NCBI GenBank assembly: GCA_964644035.1
Contig: CAZXUH010000001.1
Coordinates: 461,720-525,719, forward strand
Reading direction: 5' to 3'
Length of the DNA stretch: 64,000 nucleotides
From: an uncultured Candidatus Saccharibacteria bacterium
GTDB taxonomy: Bacteria; Patescibacteriota; Minisyncoccia; Phycocordibacterales; DAORIS01
The position numbers and the translations under genes are program-made. This document shows, piece by piece, positions 48,791 through 58,547 of this stretch; position 1 is the stretch's first letter, and each line of letters starts with the position of its first letter. A model generated the notes under the pieces. It saw only the letters and a program-made list of their open reading frames with translations, made no database searches and had not been told where the DNA came from.

Positions 48791-49456
48791 TTATCTTGTT
48801 GAAGTTGATGTGGTTGTCGTACTTGTCTCCTCGACCTCCGGTGTATCAGAACTTGTAACTTCTATTGCTGACTTCTCCCTTATCAAAGCCTTATACGAAA
48901 TAACAATCGGAGCGACACCTGTCTTCAAAGAAAATGAGACAGTATTGTCTGTTCCGAGCGAAACGTCAGAGAAAAGCGGTCCTACAAAACGCTTGTCGGC
49001 CAATACTTTGTCGGACTGGAGCGCTACGTCAGGGAAACCCTTAGCAAGACCAAACATTGAGAAGGATGGGCTTGTAAGATCATTGTTTTCGTATACAAAA
49101 TTCTTCCACTGCACATTTGGATGAGTTACATCTTCAAGCACTTCAAACAAATTTGATAACGCAAGGTGGCTATTGAGATGATTTGTGGCTACGGCAATTC
49201 TGTCGTTGAGTCTAATAAGTTCTTGGATATTGGGATCGGTAAGTTTTGCCTGATAGACGTCAAGTTCGTCTTTGAGCGCTTCATTACCCCTTACAAGAGT
49301 CTGTTTCCAGAGGAAAAGAAGTCCTGCCAAAACGGCGGCAACTACAAAAAATGCCACGCAAATAAGAGTGAAGATACTGACAGCTGTGCGCGAAGGGAGT
49401 GCTGCATCGGCGGCGCTTTTGCGGGGAATAAAAGACGATTGAAACTTTGGATCCAT
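48791..49456 (-). CDS. PilN-like protein
   Basis: SFIP N-terminal motif, TM, coiled coil; lies between pilM and pilO. Confidence 0.75.
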   Translation of the reverse strand: MDPKFQSSFIPRKSAADAALPSRTAVSIFTLICVAFFVVAAVLAGLLFLWKQTLVRGNEALKDELDVYQAKLTDPNIQELIRLNDRIAVATNHLNSHLALSNLFEVLEDVTHPNVQWKNFVYENNDLTSPSFSMFGLAKGFPDVALQSDKVLADKRFVGPLFSDVSLGTDNTVSFSLKTGVAPIVISYKALIREKSAIEVTSSDTPEVEETSTTTTSTSTR

Positions 49457-49558
49457 AAATTACTCTCAAAATTATACCACGGCTATATCCAATGCATATG
49501 GGGATATACATGCTTTATCAACAGTACAAAGATAAAAACAGAGATAGAAGAAGAGAAA

Positions 49559-50668
49559 TTAACCCAATTCCTGCAAACGACGCAGTGCTATACCAACAGC
49601 AATGGTAAATTCCGGACCAGTAACCTTGAGTACAGATTCAAGAAAGGCTGGCGTTTCTATTTTTGAAAATGGATCGCCTGGAATAACGTCATTTTCCAGA
49701 CCTTTTCGAGATGCTTCGATAAATCCACGCAATTTGACTCCCCCGCCGACGAGATAGACTCTGCTTAGATTTTTATTGTATTTTTTCTGATAGTTGAGTA
49801 TGACACGATCTGCTTCTGAGAAAATAAAATTGAGACTGGTATTGAAAATACTTTGCATGACACTTTCCTGACCTTGCTTTGGACTGACCAATCCCCTTTT
49901 CAAGAGTTCTGCTTGCTCAATACTTACCCCGAGTGCCGAAGAGAGACCGAGTGTCAGATCCTGAGAGCCTTTGTTGATCGTATGGGAATTGCGAATGATG
50001 CCATGCTCGATAATATAGAGCTTCGTCGATGCCGCACCCATGTCAAAGATCATGACGGGCGAAGAATCGTTCTCAAGCAACGCTCTAATAGCACTGAAGA
50101 TCTCTATTTCAAAAAATGACGCATGGAGATCGGCTGTTTTGACGATTTCCTGATATTTAGTGAGCGTGTCATTGTGAATAGCGACGACCAAAACATCGAT
50201 TTTATCTTTTTTTAAGGAATCCTTCACATCGCCTTCGTTAAAATTGGGTTCGTCCTTGGGACGAGGGATGACAGACCAGTCGAGGCTGACCTCGGAGATC
50301 GGTACGGGAATATATTTTCTAGCTTCAATTGGAATAATATTTGCCAATTCCTTGCTTGATACAGCGGGTATCTCTATGGTCGATACAAGACTCGACGAAA
50401 ACGGTATTGCAATACCACACGTTTTTGATGTGGCCTTACATTCACGAAGAAGATCACTGAGAGCTTTACCCACATCGGCTGCCGGCATATTGGTCGCTCG
50501 GCCGATTTCAGTATGAGCATAGGGTCCAAGAGCCAATTCACCGTATGTCTCAAGAAAAGCCTTGCCACCCTTGCGCTTGAGCTGGACAACCTTGATCGAA
50601 GAAGAGCCGATGTCTATTCCTAGAACTGACTGCTCTCTCGACTCGAACATATTAGATAAAAATCCCAT
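49559..50668 (-). CDS. pilM: Type IV pilus assembly protein PilM
   Basis: LGIDIGSSSIKVVQL, EARKYIPVP, DMGA, LVGGG, AVGIALR. Confidence 0.95.
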   Translation of the reverse strand: MGFLSNMFESREQSVLGIDIGSSSIKVVQLKRKGGKAFLETYGELALGPYAHTEIGRATNMPAADVGKALSDLLRECKATSKTCGIAIPFSSSLVSTIEIPAVSSKELANIIPIEARKYIPVPISEVSLDWSVIPRPKDEPNFNEGDVKDSLKKDKIDVLVVAIHNDTLTKYQEIVKTADLHASFFEIEIFSAIRALLENDSSPVMIFDMGAASTKLYIIEHGIIRNSHTINKGSQDLTLGLSSALGVSIEQAELLKRGLVSPKQGQESVMQSIFNTSLNFIFSEADRVILNYQKKYNKNLSRVYLVGGGVKLRGFIEASRKGLENDVIPGDPFSKIETPAFLESVLKVTGPEFTIAVGIALRRLQELG

Positions 50669-50673
50669 AATAT

Positions 50674-51375
50674 ATGAAAAGTATAGCAGAAAAAGGCGTA
50701 TTAGGCAGGCTTGGCAATACGATCTATAAAAGGATCAGTGCGCTATCTGCCAGCATATATACATCTATTCTCGATTTTTGTTTCGGTGAGGAAATATTTG
50801 GAGAATATTCGTATGATTTACTAAAGCAAAAATCAGCTCATGTACAGCCCACTTCGCACCCACAGATGTATGCATGTCTTCCCTACCAAGATCCGGTGGT
50901 CAAAAAAGCTATTTTTGAAATCAAATACAGAAAGAATAAAAGATTGGCCAAAATATTCGGCCTGCTATTAATGGAAAAAATAATTGAAGCATGCAAAGAA
51001 CAAAAAGAAATCGTGCTTATTCCCTTGCCTGCCCATAAAAAGAGACTGAGCGAATATGGTTTCAATCAAACACTACTTTTGTGCGAAGGAATACTCGCAC
51101 ATGCACATACATACAGCAATATTAGTTTTTCTATATGCACTATTCTCAAATATAAAAAAGAAAGTAGCGATCACAAACTCATGAATCGCGAAGAACGTAT
51201 TTCTCATTCAGAAAATCAGTTCATTGTTTCTGAAAAAGATACAAAATACATTGCTGGCAAAAATATTATCTTAATAGATGACGTGATCACGACCGGATCG
51301 ACATGTCTCGATGCTATGAGAGCATGTGAAGTTGCAGCACCTACACATATCGTAGCGTTTGCAGTCGGACACTAG
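50674..51375 (+). CDS. comF: ComF family phosphoribosyltransferase-like competence protein (start uncertain)
   Basis: IKYRK, LIPLP...KR...YGFNQ, IILIDDVITTGST. Confidence 0.85.
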   Translation: MKSIAEKGVLGRLGNTIYKRISALSASIYTSILDFCFGEEIFGEYSYDLLKQKSAHVQPTSHPQMYACLPYQDPVVKKAIFEIKYRKNKRLAKIFGLLLMEKIIEACKEQKEIVLIPLPAHKKRLSEYGFNQTLLLCEGILAHAHTYSNISFSICTILKYKKESSDHKLMNREERISHSENQFIVSEKDTKYIAGKNIILIDDVITTGSTCLDAMRACEVAAPTHIVAFAVGH

Positions 51376-51465
51376 GGTATATCTGCAATTGAACTTAGAA
51401 ATCCTTTGTGCTTATATATGCTCAGAACTGGATGAGTCCTACACCCCTAACAAAAGGAGAACCCT

Positions 51466-51816
51466 ATGCTCATCCGCATTTGTATTGTCGTTTTGGCGTT
51501 TTGCCTTTATGGCTGCAAATCGCAGCCTGAAGTCGTAATACCGACCACCTACGAGGTAGTGAAGAATAGACACTTCGTTGAATGCGATGAAATCCGAGAT
51601 CGGCTTACCAAGCCAATTTTTCTGAAAGGCCTTGCTGGCTATGCCAATGGATATGGCTTTCGACTGCAAGTCGTAGTCGTCAATGATGATAAGTACGGAG
51701 AGGTTATGGCTATCATGACCCTGGAAGAATCACAGCAACTGGCTGTATCTGTTCCAGGCAAAATGATATTCATCAGCACCGGCGCTAGTGAAAAAGCCCG
51801 AGAATTCCTCCCCTAG
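51466..51816 (+). CDS. Orphan putative lipoprotein
   Basis: AAAGGAG SD; lipobox LYGC; terminator CCCGCGA-GAAA-TCGCGGG (51821-51844). Confidence 0.65.
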   Translation: MLIRICIVVLAFCLYGCKSQPEVVIPTTYEVVKNRHFVECDEIRDRLTKPIFLKGLAGYANGYGFRLQVVVVNDDKYGEVMAIMTLEESQQLAVSVPGKMIFISTGASEKAREFLP

Positions 51817-51922
51817 CCACAGTCCCGCGAGAAATCGCGGGATTTGTTTTTCGATAGACTAGCGAGAAATAATTTGTTACCTTTGCGTCAGAACAGACAT
51901 ACACTTACAGAAAGGGTTTCCA

Positions 51923-52306
51923 ATGCTAGATTCAGAATTCACGGGACGTATCCGGATTGTCACCACTCCTGCAGGAGAAGCACCTCTTTGGGTTCGAGAA
52001 GCTTGGGTTGGGCTCAGATTGCCTTGTTGGCCACTAGTAGGTCTCCCCAGCGGTCCTGAGGTCGGCGTTTTAAGTAGCAAAGAGGTCAATCACAATTGTT
52101 TTGTTTGTCATGTGCCTCAAGATGAAGCAATTGTAATTTTACGGAAAGAAAGACCTGAAGCCGCAAAATGGTGGGAAGAGAACAATTTTCCCCAACCTGG
52201 AAAAAGTTTCACTTTTAGGGAGGAGGAAATAAGGATGATCTGTGGTGTACGACGCACAGGAATCATCCATGTTACCGAAGAAATGATGGGTGACCCCAAT
52301 CGATAG
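51923..52306 (+). CDS. Hypothetical protein
   Basis: P.GEAP.WVR.AWVGL.LP, A..L....PEAA.WW; terminator CCCCGCAA-GAAA-TTGCGGGG (52319-52346). Confidence 0.7.
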   Translation: MLDSEFTGRIRIVTTPAGEAPLWVREAWVGLRLPCWPLVGLPSGPEVGVLSSKEVNHNCFVCHVPQDEAIVILRKERPEAAKWWEENNFPQPGKSFTFREEEIRMICGVRRTGIIHVTEEMMGDPNR

Positions 52307-52390
52307 CCACAGAAGCACAAATCCCCGCAAGAAATTGCGGGGATTTTATTAAAAAGAACCCTGCCATTACAGCAGGGATTCACAACATTG

Positions 52391-52522
52391 TTAGAACTTT
52401 GACCAAACAAGTACGACCAGTACCATCAGCACAATTGCTTTGATGGAGATTGGCATCTTCGCAGTAGTCCGATTCCGAAGGTCGTAATACGACTTAATAC
52501 GTTGCCATTCATTGCGCAGCAT
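52391..52522 (-). CDS. 43-aa small membrane protein (below the ORF-track cutoff)
   Basis: AAAGGAGGTG SD; MLRNEWQRIKSYYDLRNRTTAKMPISIKAIVLMVLVVLVWSKF*; terminator 52357-52380. Confidence 0.6.
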   Translation of the reverse strand: MLRNEWQRIKSYYDLRNRTTAKMPISIKAIVLMVLVVLVWSKF

Positions 52523-52577
52523 ATGTTCACCTCCTTTCAACTGCAGTCAATACTAGCACAAAGAAAAATAAAGACTA

Positions 52578-52749
52578 GCGGAGACGGCGAGATTCGGCTA
52601 CAGATACTTTTCTCGCCGTCGCTCGAAAAGTTCTGCAGCCCCGGCTCGGTATCGCTCGCTACTGCTCGCGATATACCTCCGCCTTTTCTCATCTTTCCAC
52701 CTCTCGACATCAGTTCTTCACCGAGCTTTGCTCGGTTCGAACTGCTGTT
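52578..52749 (-). repeat. 172-bp structured element ending in a perfect duplicate of the tRNA-Ser 3' end
   Basis: GCGGAGACGGCGAGATTCG identical at 52578-52596 and 52750-52768; internal multi-hairpin structure. Confidence 0.75.
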
Positions 52750-52750
52750 G

Positions 52751-52841
52751 CGGAGACGGCGAGATTCGAACTCGCGAGAGGCTTTTAGACCCCTACCTCG
52801 TTAGCAGTGAGGCGCTTTCGACCAGGCTCAGCCACGTCTCC
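52751..52841 (-). tRNA. tRNA-Ser(GCT)
   Basis: GGAGACG/CGTCTCC acceptor, GCT anticodon, long variable arm, G73. Confidence 0.95.
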
Positions 52842-52933
52842 AGTTATTCGAGAATAGCACAAAAGCTGCCGAAATCACAAGAAAATATCATTGAAGGGCA
52901 GTACAGAGCTAGAAGGTAAGTTGAGAAATAATT

Positions 52934-54730
52934 TTAAGAAACTTTTTCGAGTTCATCGATCAGATTCTTAAAATGCACAATCACCGAAGAGAGTGATTCT
53001 TTCTTTTCGAGATCGAGTCCTGCTTTACGCAAAAGATTGAGAGGCCAGTCACTGCCACCTGAACGCAACATATTGAGATATGCTTCTCTTTCTTTTTCGC
53101 CACCACTCAGCACTTTTTGCGAAAGAGCAATAGCAGCAATCAAACCAGTCGCGTATTTGTACACATAAAAAGCTCGGTAGAAATGCGGTATGCGTAGACA
53201 TTCAAGCTCGAGTTCAGGATCAATCACAAAATCAGGACCAAAATACAATTCAAGCAGTGTTCGATATTCTTTTCTAAGCACATCTACCGTTAGTGGCTCC
53301 CCTTTTTCAGAAAGTTCATGTGTGCGTTTTTCAAATTCGGCAAACATAACCTGACGAATGATCGTCGTGCGTATTGCATCGACAGCATGATTGAGAAGAA
53401 ATGCTTTCTGCTTTTTGTCGGCTTTGGCAAGCAATGAATGCAACAGAAGCTGCTCATTGAACGTACTTGCAATCTCAGCTGTAAAGATCGGATAGCCAGC
53501 ACGCTGGAAAGGTTGATTTTTATTGGCCAGATAGGTGTGCATCGAATGCCCTGCCTCGTGAGCAAGCGTAAAGACCTGCTCAAGCACTTTCTCATCGAAG
53601 TTCATGAGAATATATGGCTGCGAATCATAGCTTCCCGAACTAAATGCACCTGAATGTTTGCCGATATTTGGATATCGATCGCACCAGCGAGCAGATGTCA
53701 GACCCTTGCTCAAAGCATCGGTATATTCTTTTCCCAATACTTTTGTTGCAGTAATCGTCATTTCCACAGCATCGTCCCATGTATGACTTTCTGCAGCATC
53801 GGGAAATATAGAGGTGTATACATCGTATTGATGCAGATCTTTTATATTGAGCTTGTCTTTTCTGATTTTGAGATAGCGATAGAGATCGGGCAGAAGCTTG
53901 TGTACGACATCGATCAGGTTTTCATAGACTTTTGGATTGATATTGTCTGCAAAAAGGCTCGCGCCGAGCGAACTTTTATACTTTCTAACCTTTGAATAAT
54001 AAATATCAGTCTGCACTGAAGCATTGTAGGTAGCGGCAATAGTATTTTTATGATGTTCGTATTCTTTGAAATACGCATGGAACATATCCTTGCGCACAGA
54101 GCGTACTGGATGACGCAACACTTGAGAAAACGTGCTGTGGTTCACATCTATCACATTACCCTTATCATCTTTGATCTGTCCCCACTTCAAATCGACATCA
54201 TTGAGCTGTCTAAAAATAGAATCGGGTCCCCCGCTGATCTGACCCTGCATAGCCAAAAGCGTTTCTTCAGGCAGACTCAGACTATGCGGTTTGTATCTAA
54301 TGATTTTTTCTAGCTGCAATTTCCATTCTTTCAAAAGAGGACTTTTTATAAATAATGTTATTTTTGCACTTGGAATGGCAAGAATTTCTGGACGAATAAA
54401 ACTTGAAAGTTCACCCTGTCTTGTCGCCACATGCTCAAATCGACCCTTCATACGCAGGTAGATAGAATTACCCTCATCTTCTGAACCCTTTAGAAAAGCA
54501 TAAGTGCCCAAATTGTCTCCTTCCCTCTCAATAGCGGCACTAAACTCAAACAGAGCGACGAGTTGCTTAGCACTTTTACTTAGCGTACCTTTGTATTTTT
54601 TATACCCCTCAATCTTTTTTGACCACTTAGCAAAAGCACTTTCCCAGGCCTGATCGCTCTTGTACATACCCGAAAGATCCCATGTATTGGCTGCTGAAAC
54701 ATCCTTTCTCTGTTTGAGTTTGTCTGTCAT
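52934..54730 (-). CDS. pepF: Oligoendopeptidase F
   Basis: TWDLS, GKHSGAFSSG, PYILMN, TLAHEAGHSMH, AEIASTFNE, PHFY..FYVYKYATG. Confidence 0.95.
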   Translation of the reverse strand: MTDKLKQRKDVSAANTWDLSGMYKSDQAWESAFAKWSKKIEGYKKYKGTLSKSAKQLVALFEFSAAIEREGDNLGTYAFLKGSEDEGNSIYLRMKGRFEHVATRQGELSSFIRPEILAIPSAKITLFIKSPLLKEWKLQLEKIIRYKPHSLSLPEETLLAMQGQISGGPDSIFRQLNDVDLKWGQIKDDKGNVIDVNHSTFSQVLRHPVRSVRKDMFHAYFKEYEHHKNTIAATYNASVQTDIYYSKVRKYKSSLGASLFADNINPKVYENLIDVVHKLLPDLYRYLKIRKDKLNIKDLHQYDVYTSIFPDAAESHTWDDAVEMTITATKVLGKEYTDALSKGLTSARWCDRYPNIGKHSGAFSSGSYDSQPYILMNFDEKVLEQVFTLAHEAGHSMHTYLANKNQPFQRAGYPIFTAEIASTFNEQLLLHSLLAKADKKQKAFLLNHAVDAIRTTIIRQVMFAEFEKRTHELSEKGEPLTVDVLRKEYRTLLELYFGPDFVIDPELELECLRIPHFYRAFYVYKYATGLIAAIALSQKVLSGGEKEREAYLNMLRSGGSDWPLNLLRKAGLDLEKKESLSSVIVHFKNLIDELEKVS

Positions 54731-54797
54731 ACGAAACCACTATAGCAAAAATCCCGCCGAAGCGGGACTTTTGACGATTCTGACAAATATGCAGAAA

Positions 54798-55436
54798 CTA
54801 TTTTGCCAAGAACTTGTAGAAATTCATACCGATCACTGCACCGACAATCGGAGCGAGACCGTAGACAATGTTGAGAGTGCCTGCTGTCAAAGCTGCTGCA
54901 GGGTTGAGGATACCAAATGCACCGCCAAATGAAGCGATGATTGAGCCCAAAAGAAGAGCAGTACCAATAACCATGCCATGCATCGATGTATGAGGCTTCT
55001 CATAGACTACTGATGCAATACCAAAGGCAAAGATGATTGTACCGATTGTCTCGGCTGCAAATATCTTCAAGCTTACGCCAGCCATTGAAGGAGCAATAGG
55101 AAGCTTCATAGCCAAGAAGTATGATGCAAGTCCAAATGCAAGCACTGCACCTACAAACTGAGCAATGATGTATGCAAGAGATTCCTTGGGAGTAATCTTC
55201 TTGACCGAAAGAAGACCGAGCGTGACCGCAGGGTTTATGTGTGCACCCGAGATCGATCCAATCGAGTAGACAATGAATCCGACGACGATAGCCGCCAAGA
55301 ATGGAGTAAAGGCTGCAGCATTGCTGCGTGAAGCCAAAAGGATAATAAGAGCAAGCATGAACGTACCGAACGCTTCTGCTATGTATCTTTTCAACTGAAC
55401 TATGTTTATGTTTATCATATTAATATTAATTACCAA
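54798..55436 (-). CDS. Aquaporin/MIP channel
   Basis: AEAFGTF, ISGAHINPAVT, LNPAAA, APIVGA. Confidence 0.93.
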   Translation of the reverse strand: MVININMININIVQLKRYIAEAFGTFMLALIILLASRSNAAAFTPFLAAIVVGFIVYSIGSISGAHINPAVTLGLLSVKKITPKESLAYIIAQFVGAVLAFGLASYFLAMKLPIAPSMAGVSLKIFAAETIGTIIFAFGIASVVYEKPHTSMHGMVIGTALLLGSIIASFGGAFGILNPAAALTAGTLNIVYGLAPIVGAVIGMNFYKFLAK

Positions 55437-55464
55437 TTATCTGCCCTTATAGTATAGTACGAGC

Positions 55465-56271
55465 GTGCTAGACTTCAAAACCTTCAAAAAGACCATTTGG
55501 CAACACTATAAAAAGTACGGCCGCGATTTTCCGTGGAGAAATACCCGCAATCCGTACAGGATTTTGGTATCCGAAATCATGCTTCAGCAGACGCAGGCCG
55601 ATAGAGTGATACGAAAATACGAAGCTTTTATAAAAAGGTTTCCTGATTTCAAATCTCTAGCTCACGCTTCCCTCTCCGATGTCCTGACACTCTGGAAAGG
55701 TCTTGGATACAACAGACGAGCACTCAACCTTCAGCGAGCTGCACAGATAGTACACACCAATTTCAAAGGAAAACTACCCAAAGACAGAGAAACTCTTCTG
55801 TCACTACCTAGTATCGGACCAGCCACTGCCGGCGATATCCGTGCTTTTGCTTGGAATATGCCTGATATAGTTATAGAAACCAATATTCGTAGTGTCTATA
55901 TTCATTTTTTCTTTAAGGACAGTAAAGAAGTACATGACAAAGATATTTTGGTACTTATAGAAAAAACCGTCGATCAGAAAAATCCCCGCGAATGGTATTT
56001 TGCTCTCATGGACTATGGAAATCTACTCAAAAGGACTGTTGGTAATGCATCGAGACAGAGCATTCATTATAAAAAGCAGTCTTCTTTCAAGGATTCCAAT
56101 AGAAAATTGCGCGCAGACATTCTATTTCTTTTGCACGATAAAAAACGGATTACTGAAAAAAGCATAGTAGAACATTTCAACGATGAAAGAACGCTCAAGA
56201 ATCTATCAGCCCTTTCTAAAGAAGGATTTGTGAAGAAGCAAGGAGCAACGTGGTATATTGTCGGTACATGA
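55465..56271 (+). CDS. mutY: A/G-specific adenine glycosylase (MutY-like, no Fe-S motif)
   Basis: PWR, ILVSEIMLQQTQ, WKGLGYNRRA, LPSIGP.TA, ETNIR, ALMDYG. Confidence 0.85.
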   Translation: MLDFKTFKKTIWQHYKKYGRDFPWRNTRNPYRILVSEIMLQQTQADRVIRKYEAFIKRFPDFKSLAHASLSDVLTLWKGLGYNRRALNLQRAAQIVHTNFKGKLPKDRETLLSLPSIGPATAGDIRAFAWNMPDIVIETNIRSVYIHFFFKDSKEVHDKDILVLIEKTVDQKNPREWYFALMDYGNLLKRTVGNASRQSIHYKKQSSFKDSNRKLRADILFLLHDKKRITEKSIVEHFNDERTLKNLSALSKEGFVKKQGATWYIVGT

Positions 56272-58430
56272 ATTTGAGCACGCCCCTCGAGGAAGCACTA
56301 CGTATAGATACCGAACACAGGCGCGCTCTAGAGCGTCTTGGTATAAGCACCGTGCGAGACTTGCTGCACTATTTTCCTGTCCGTTATGAGGAAGCGGGAG
56401 AGGTCAGAAATATTGCCGAGCTCGTGAGTGGAGAGCGAGTGTCGCTTGTTGGTACTATTTCAAAAATAAATTATCGAAAAACATTCAAATCAAGGATTGC
56501 CATTGCTACAGCTACTCTTACCGATACTACCGGCTCGATTGAGCTGATATGGTTTCATCAGCCATATATAGCAAAAATCTTGCCCGAATCATCGATCGTC
56601 CAGATCACCGGCACTGTTTCGACGGGCAAAAGAGGTATTTTTATTTCCAATCCCGAATACGAAAAGGTCGACAAAGCACCCGACGGTATTAGTAAAAATC
56701 TTTTCAAGGATATGCCCGACTCGGTCAACGGCGGGCTCTATCCTGTCTATCCAGAAACAAAAGGTCTGACATCAAAATGGCTCCATCACGCTATTAGGAA
56801 AATCATCGCTCACAATCTTCTCGGTGAAATAGTCGATCCCCTGCCCGAAGAAATGCGTGAGAAATACAATTTGCCAACAATTCAAACAGCAATCATTTGG
56901 ATTCATACACCAAAAAGAATAGAAGACAGTGAAGTCGCAAGAAAACGTTTTGCATTTCAAGAAGTATTCCTTATTCAGCTTCAGAAACAGAAAAATCGAT
57001 ACGAATACGAGCACGAAACTGCTTGGGAAATAAAAAATAAGAAAAAAGACGTCGGACAGTTTATACAACAGTTTCCTTTTTCGCTCACCGAAGGTCAGTC
57101 GAGTGTTATCGAAGATATATTGAACGATTTTGATAGTAGTAAACCAATGTCACGCCTCCTCGAGGGCGATGTCGGCTCGGGGAAAACCGCTATTGCTGCT
57201 TCGACAGCTTTTGCCGTAGCCACTACGTATCCCAAAGGTCAGGATTTTGGCAATTTGCAGGTTGCGTATATGTGCCCAACTGAAATCTTGGCTCGACAGC
57301 ATTTTGAATCGTTTATTGGATACTGCAAAGAAGCAAAAATATCTGTCGGACTTCTCACTGCTTCTGAATGCAAAAAATTTCCATCCAAGGTCAATAAAAA
57401 TGAAGCGACGCATATATCGAGAACACAACTTCTCAAATGGGTCGCCAATGGCGAAATACCGATCCTTATTGGCACGCACTCGCTCATACAAGAAAAAGTG
57501 ACGTTCAAACATCTCGCCTACGTGATTATCGACGAACAGCATCGCTTCGGCACCGCTCAGCGCCAGAAACTGGCTCAGAAAGATAAGAAATTGCCACACC
57601 TCTTGTCGATGACTGCTACACCTATTCCCCGCACCTTGGCCCTCACAGTCTATGGCGACCTCGATATATCTGTCCTGGATCAAATGCCTCACGGTAGGAA
57701 GCCTGTGATCACAGAAATCGTCTTGCCAGCCAAAAGAAACAGAGTCTATGAAGATATAAAAAAAGAAATACGAAATGGCCGACAACTCTACGTCATTTGT
57801 CCAAGAATCAATGAACCTGATCCATCAAAAGAAAAAGCTTTGGCGGCAAAATCAGTGACCGAAGAAGCTAAGCGTTTAAAAAAAGAAGTATTCAAAGAAT
57901 TTGAAATCGGTATTCTTCACAGCAAAATGACACTACCAGCCAAAGATAGTGTTATGAAAGATTTTGTAAACAATAAAATACAAATTTTGGTTGCTACATC
58001 GGTTGTCGAAGTTGGCGTCAATGTACCCAATGCAACCATGATCATTATTGAGGGTGCAGAACGATTTGGCTTGGCACAGCTTCATCAGTTGCGTGGTCGT
58101 GTCATACGAAGCAATCATCAAGCCTACTGCTATATCTTTGCTGACCCAAAGACCGACAAGACACTCGATCGTCTCAGCGCTCTTACCAAGGCTAAAAATG
58201 GCTTCGAATTGGCCGAATACGATCTTGCTCAGCGAGGTATGGGTATGCTCTATGGTGCCAAGCAATGGGGCATTTCAGACCTCGGTATGGAAGCAATAAA
58301 AAATATTAAAATGGTTGAAGCAGCACGGAGTGAAGCGCATCAGATCATTACGAAAAATCCTGATCTATCGAAACATCCGCTGCTTCACAAACTGCTCTCA
58401 GGTGGTGAAAGAAACGTGCATTTCGAGTAG
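56268..58430 (+). CDS. recG: ATP-dependent DNA helicase RecG
   Basis: RLLEGDVGSGKT, PTEILA.QH, IIDEQHRFG, MTATPIPRTL, AERFGLAQLHQLRGRV. Confidence 0.97.
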   Translation: MNLSTPLEEALRIDTEHRRALERLGISTVRDLLHYFPVRYEEAGEVRNIAELVSGERVSLVGTISKINYRKTFKSRIAIATATLTDTTGSIELIWFHQPYIAKILPESSIVQITGTVSTGKRGIFISNPEYEKVDKAPDGISKNLFKDMPDSVNGGLYPVYPETKGLTSKWLHHAIRKIIAHNLLGEIVDPLPEEMREKYNLPTIQTAIIWIHTPKRIEDSEVARKRFAFQEVFLIQLQKQKNRYEYEHETAWEIKNKKKDVGQFIQQFPFSLTEGQSSVIEDILNDFDSSKPMSRLLEGDVGSGKTAIAASTAFAVATTYPKGQDFGNLQVAYMCPTEILARQHFESFIGYCKEAKISVGLLTASECKKFPSKVNKNEATHISRTQLLKWVANGEIPILIGTHSLIQEKVTFKHLAYVIIDEQHRFGTAQRQKLAQKDKKLPHLLSMTATPIPRTLALTVYGDLDISVLDQMPHGRKPVITEIVLPAKRNRVYEDIKKEIRNGRQLYVICPRINEPDPSKEKALAAKSVTEEAKRLKKEVFKEFEIGILHSKMTLPAKDSVMKDFVNNKIQILVATSVVEVGVNVPNATMIIIEGAERFGLAQLHQLRGRVIRSNHQAYCYIFADPKTDKTLDRLSALTKAKNGFELAEYDLAQRGMGMLYGAKQWGISDLGMEAIKNIKMVEAARSEAHQIITKNPDLSKHPLLHKLLSGGERNVHFE

Positions 58431-58464
58431 CACATTTGAATTTTTTGCTGTATATTCGTGGTAC

Positions 58465-58537
58465 GCGCGTGTAGCTCAGTTGGTAGAGCAGCCGTCTTAT
58501 ACACGGCCGGTCCCTGGTTCGAGTCCAGGCACGCGCA
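58465..58537 (+). tRNA. tRNA with TAT anticodon (tRNA-Ile UAU)
   Basis: GCGCGTG/CACGCGC-A acceptor, GCCGT-CTTATAC-ACGGC anticodon arm, GGTTCGAGTCC. Confidence 0.9.
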
Positions 58538-58547
58538 CCGATAGAAG

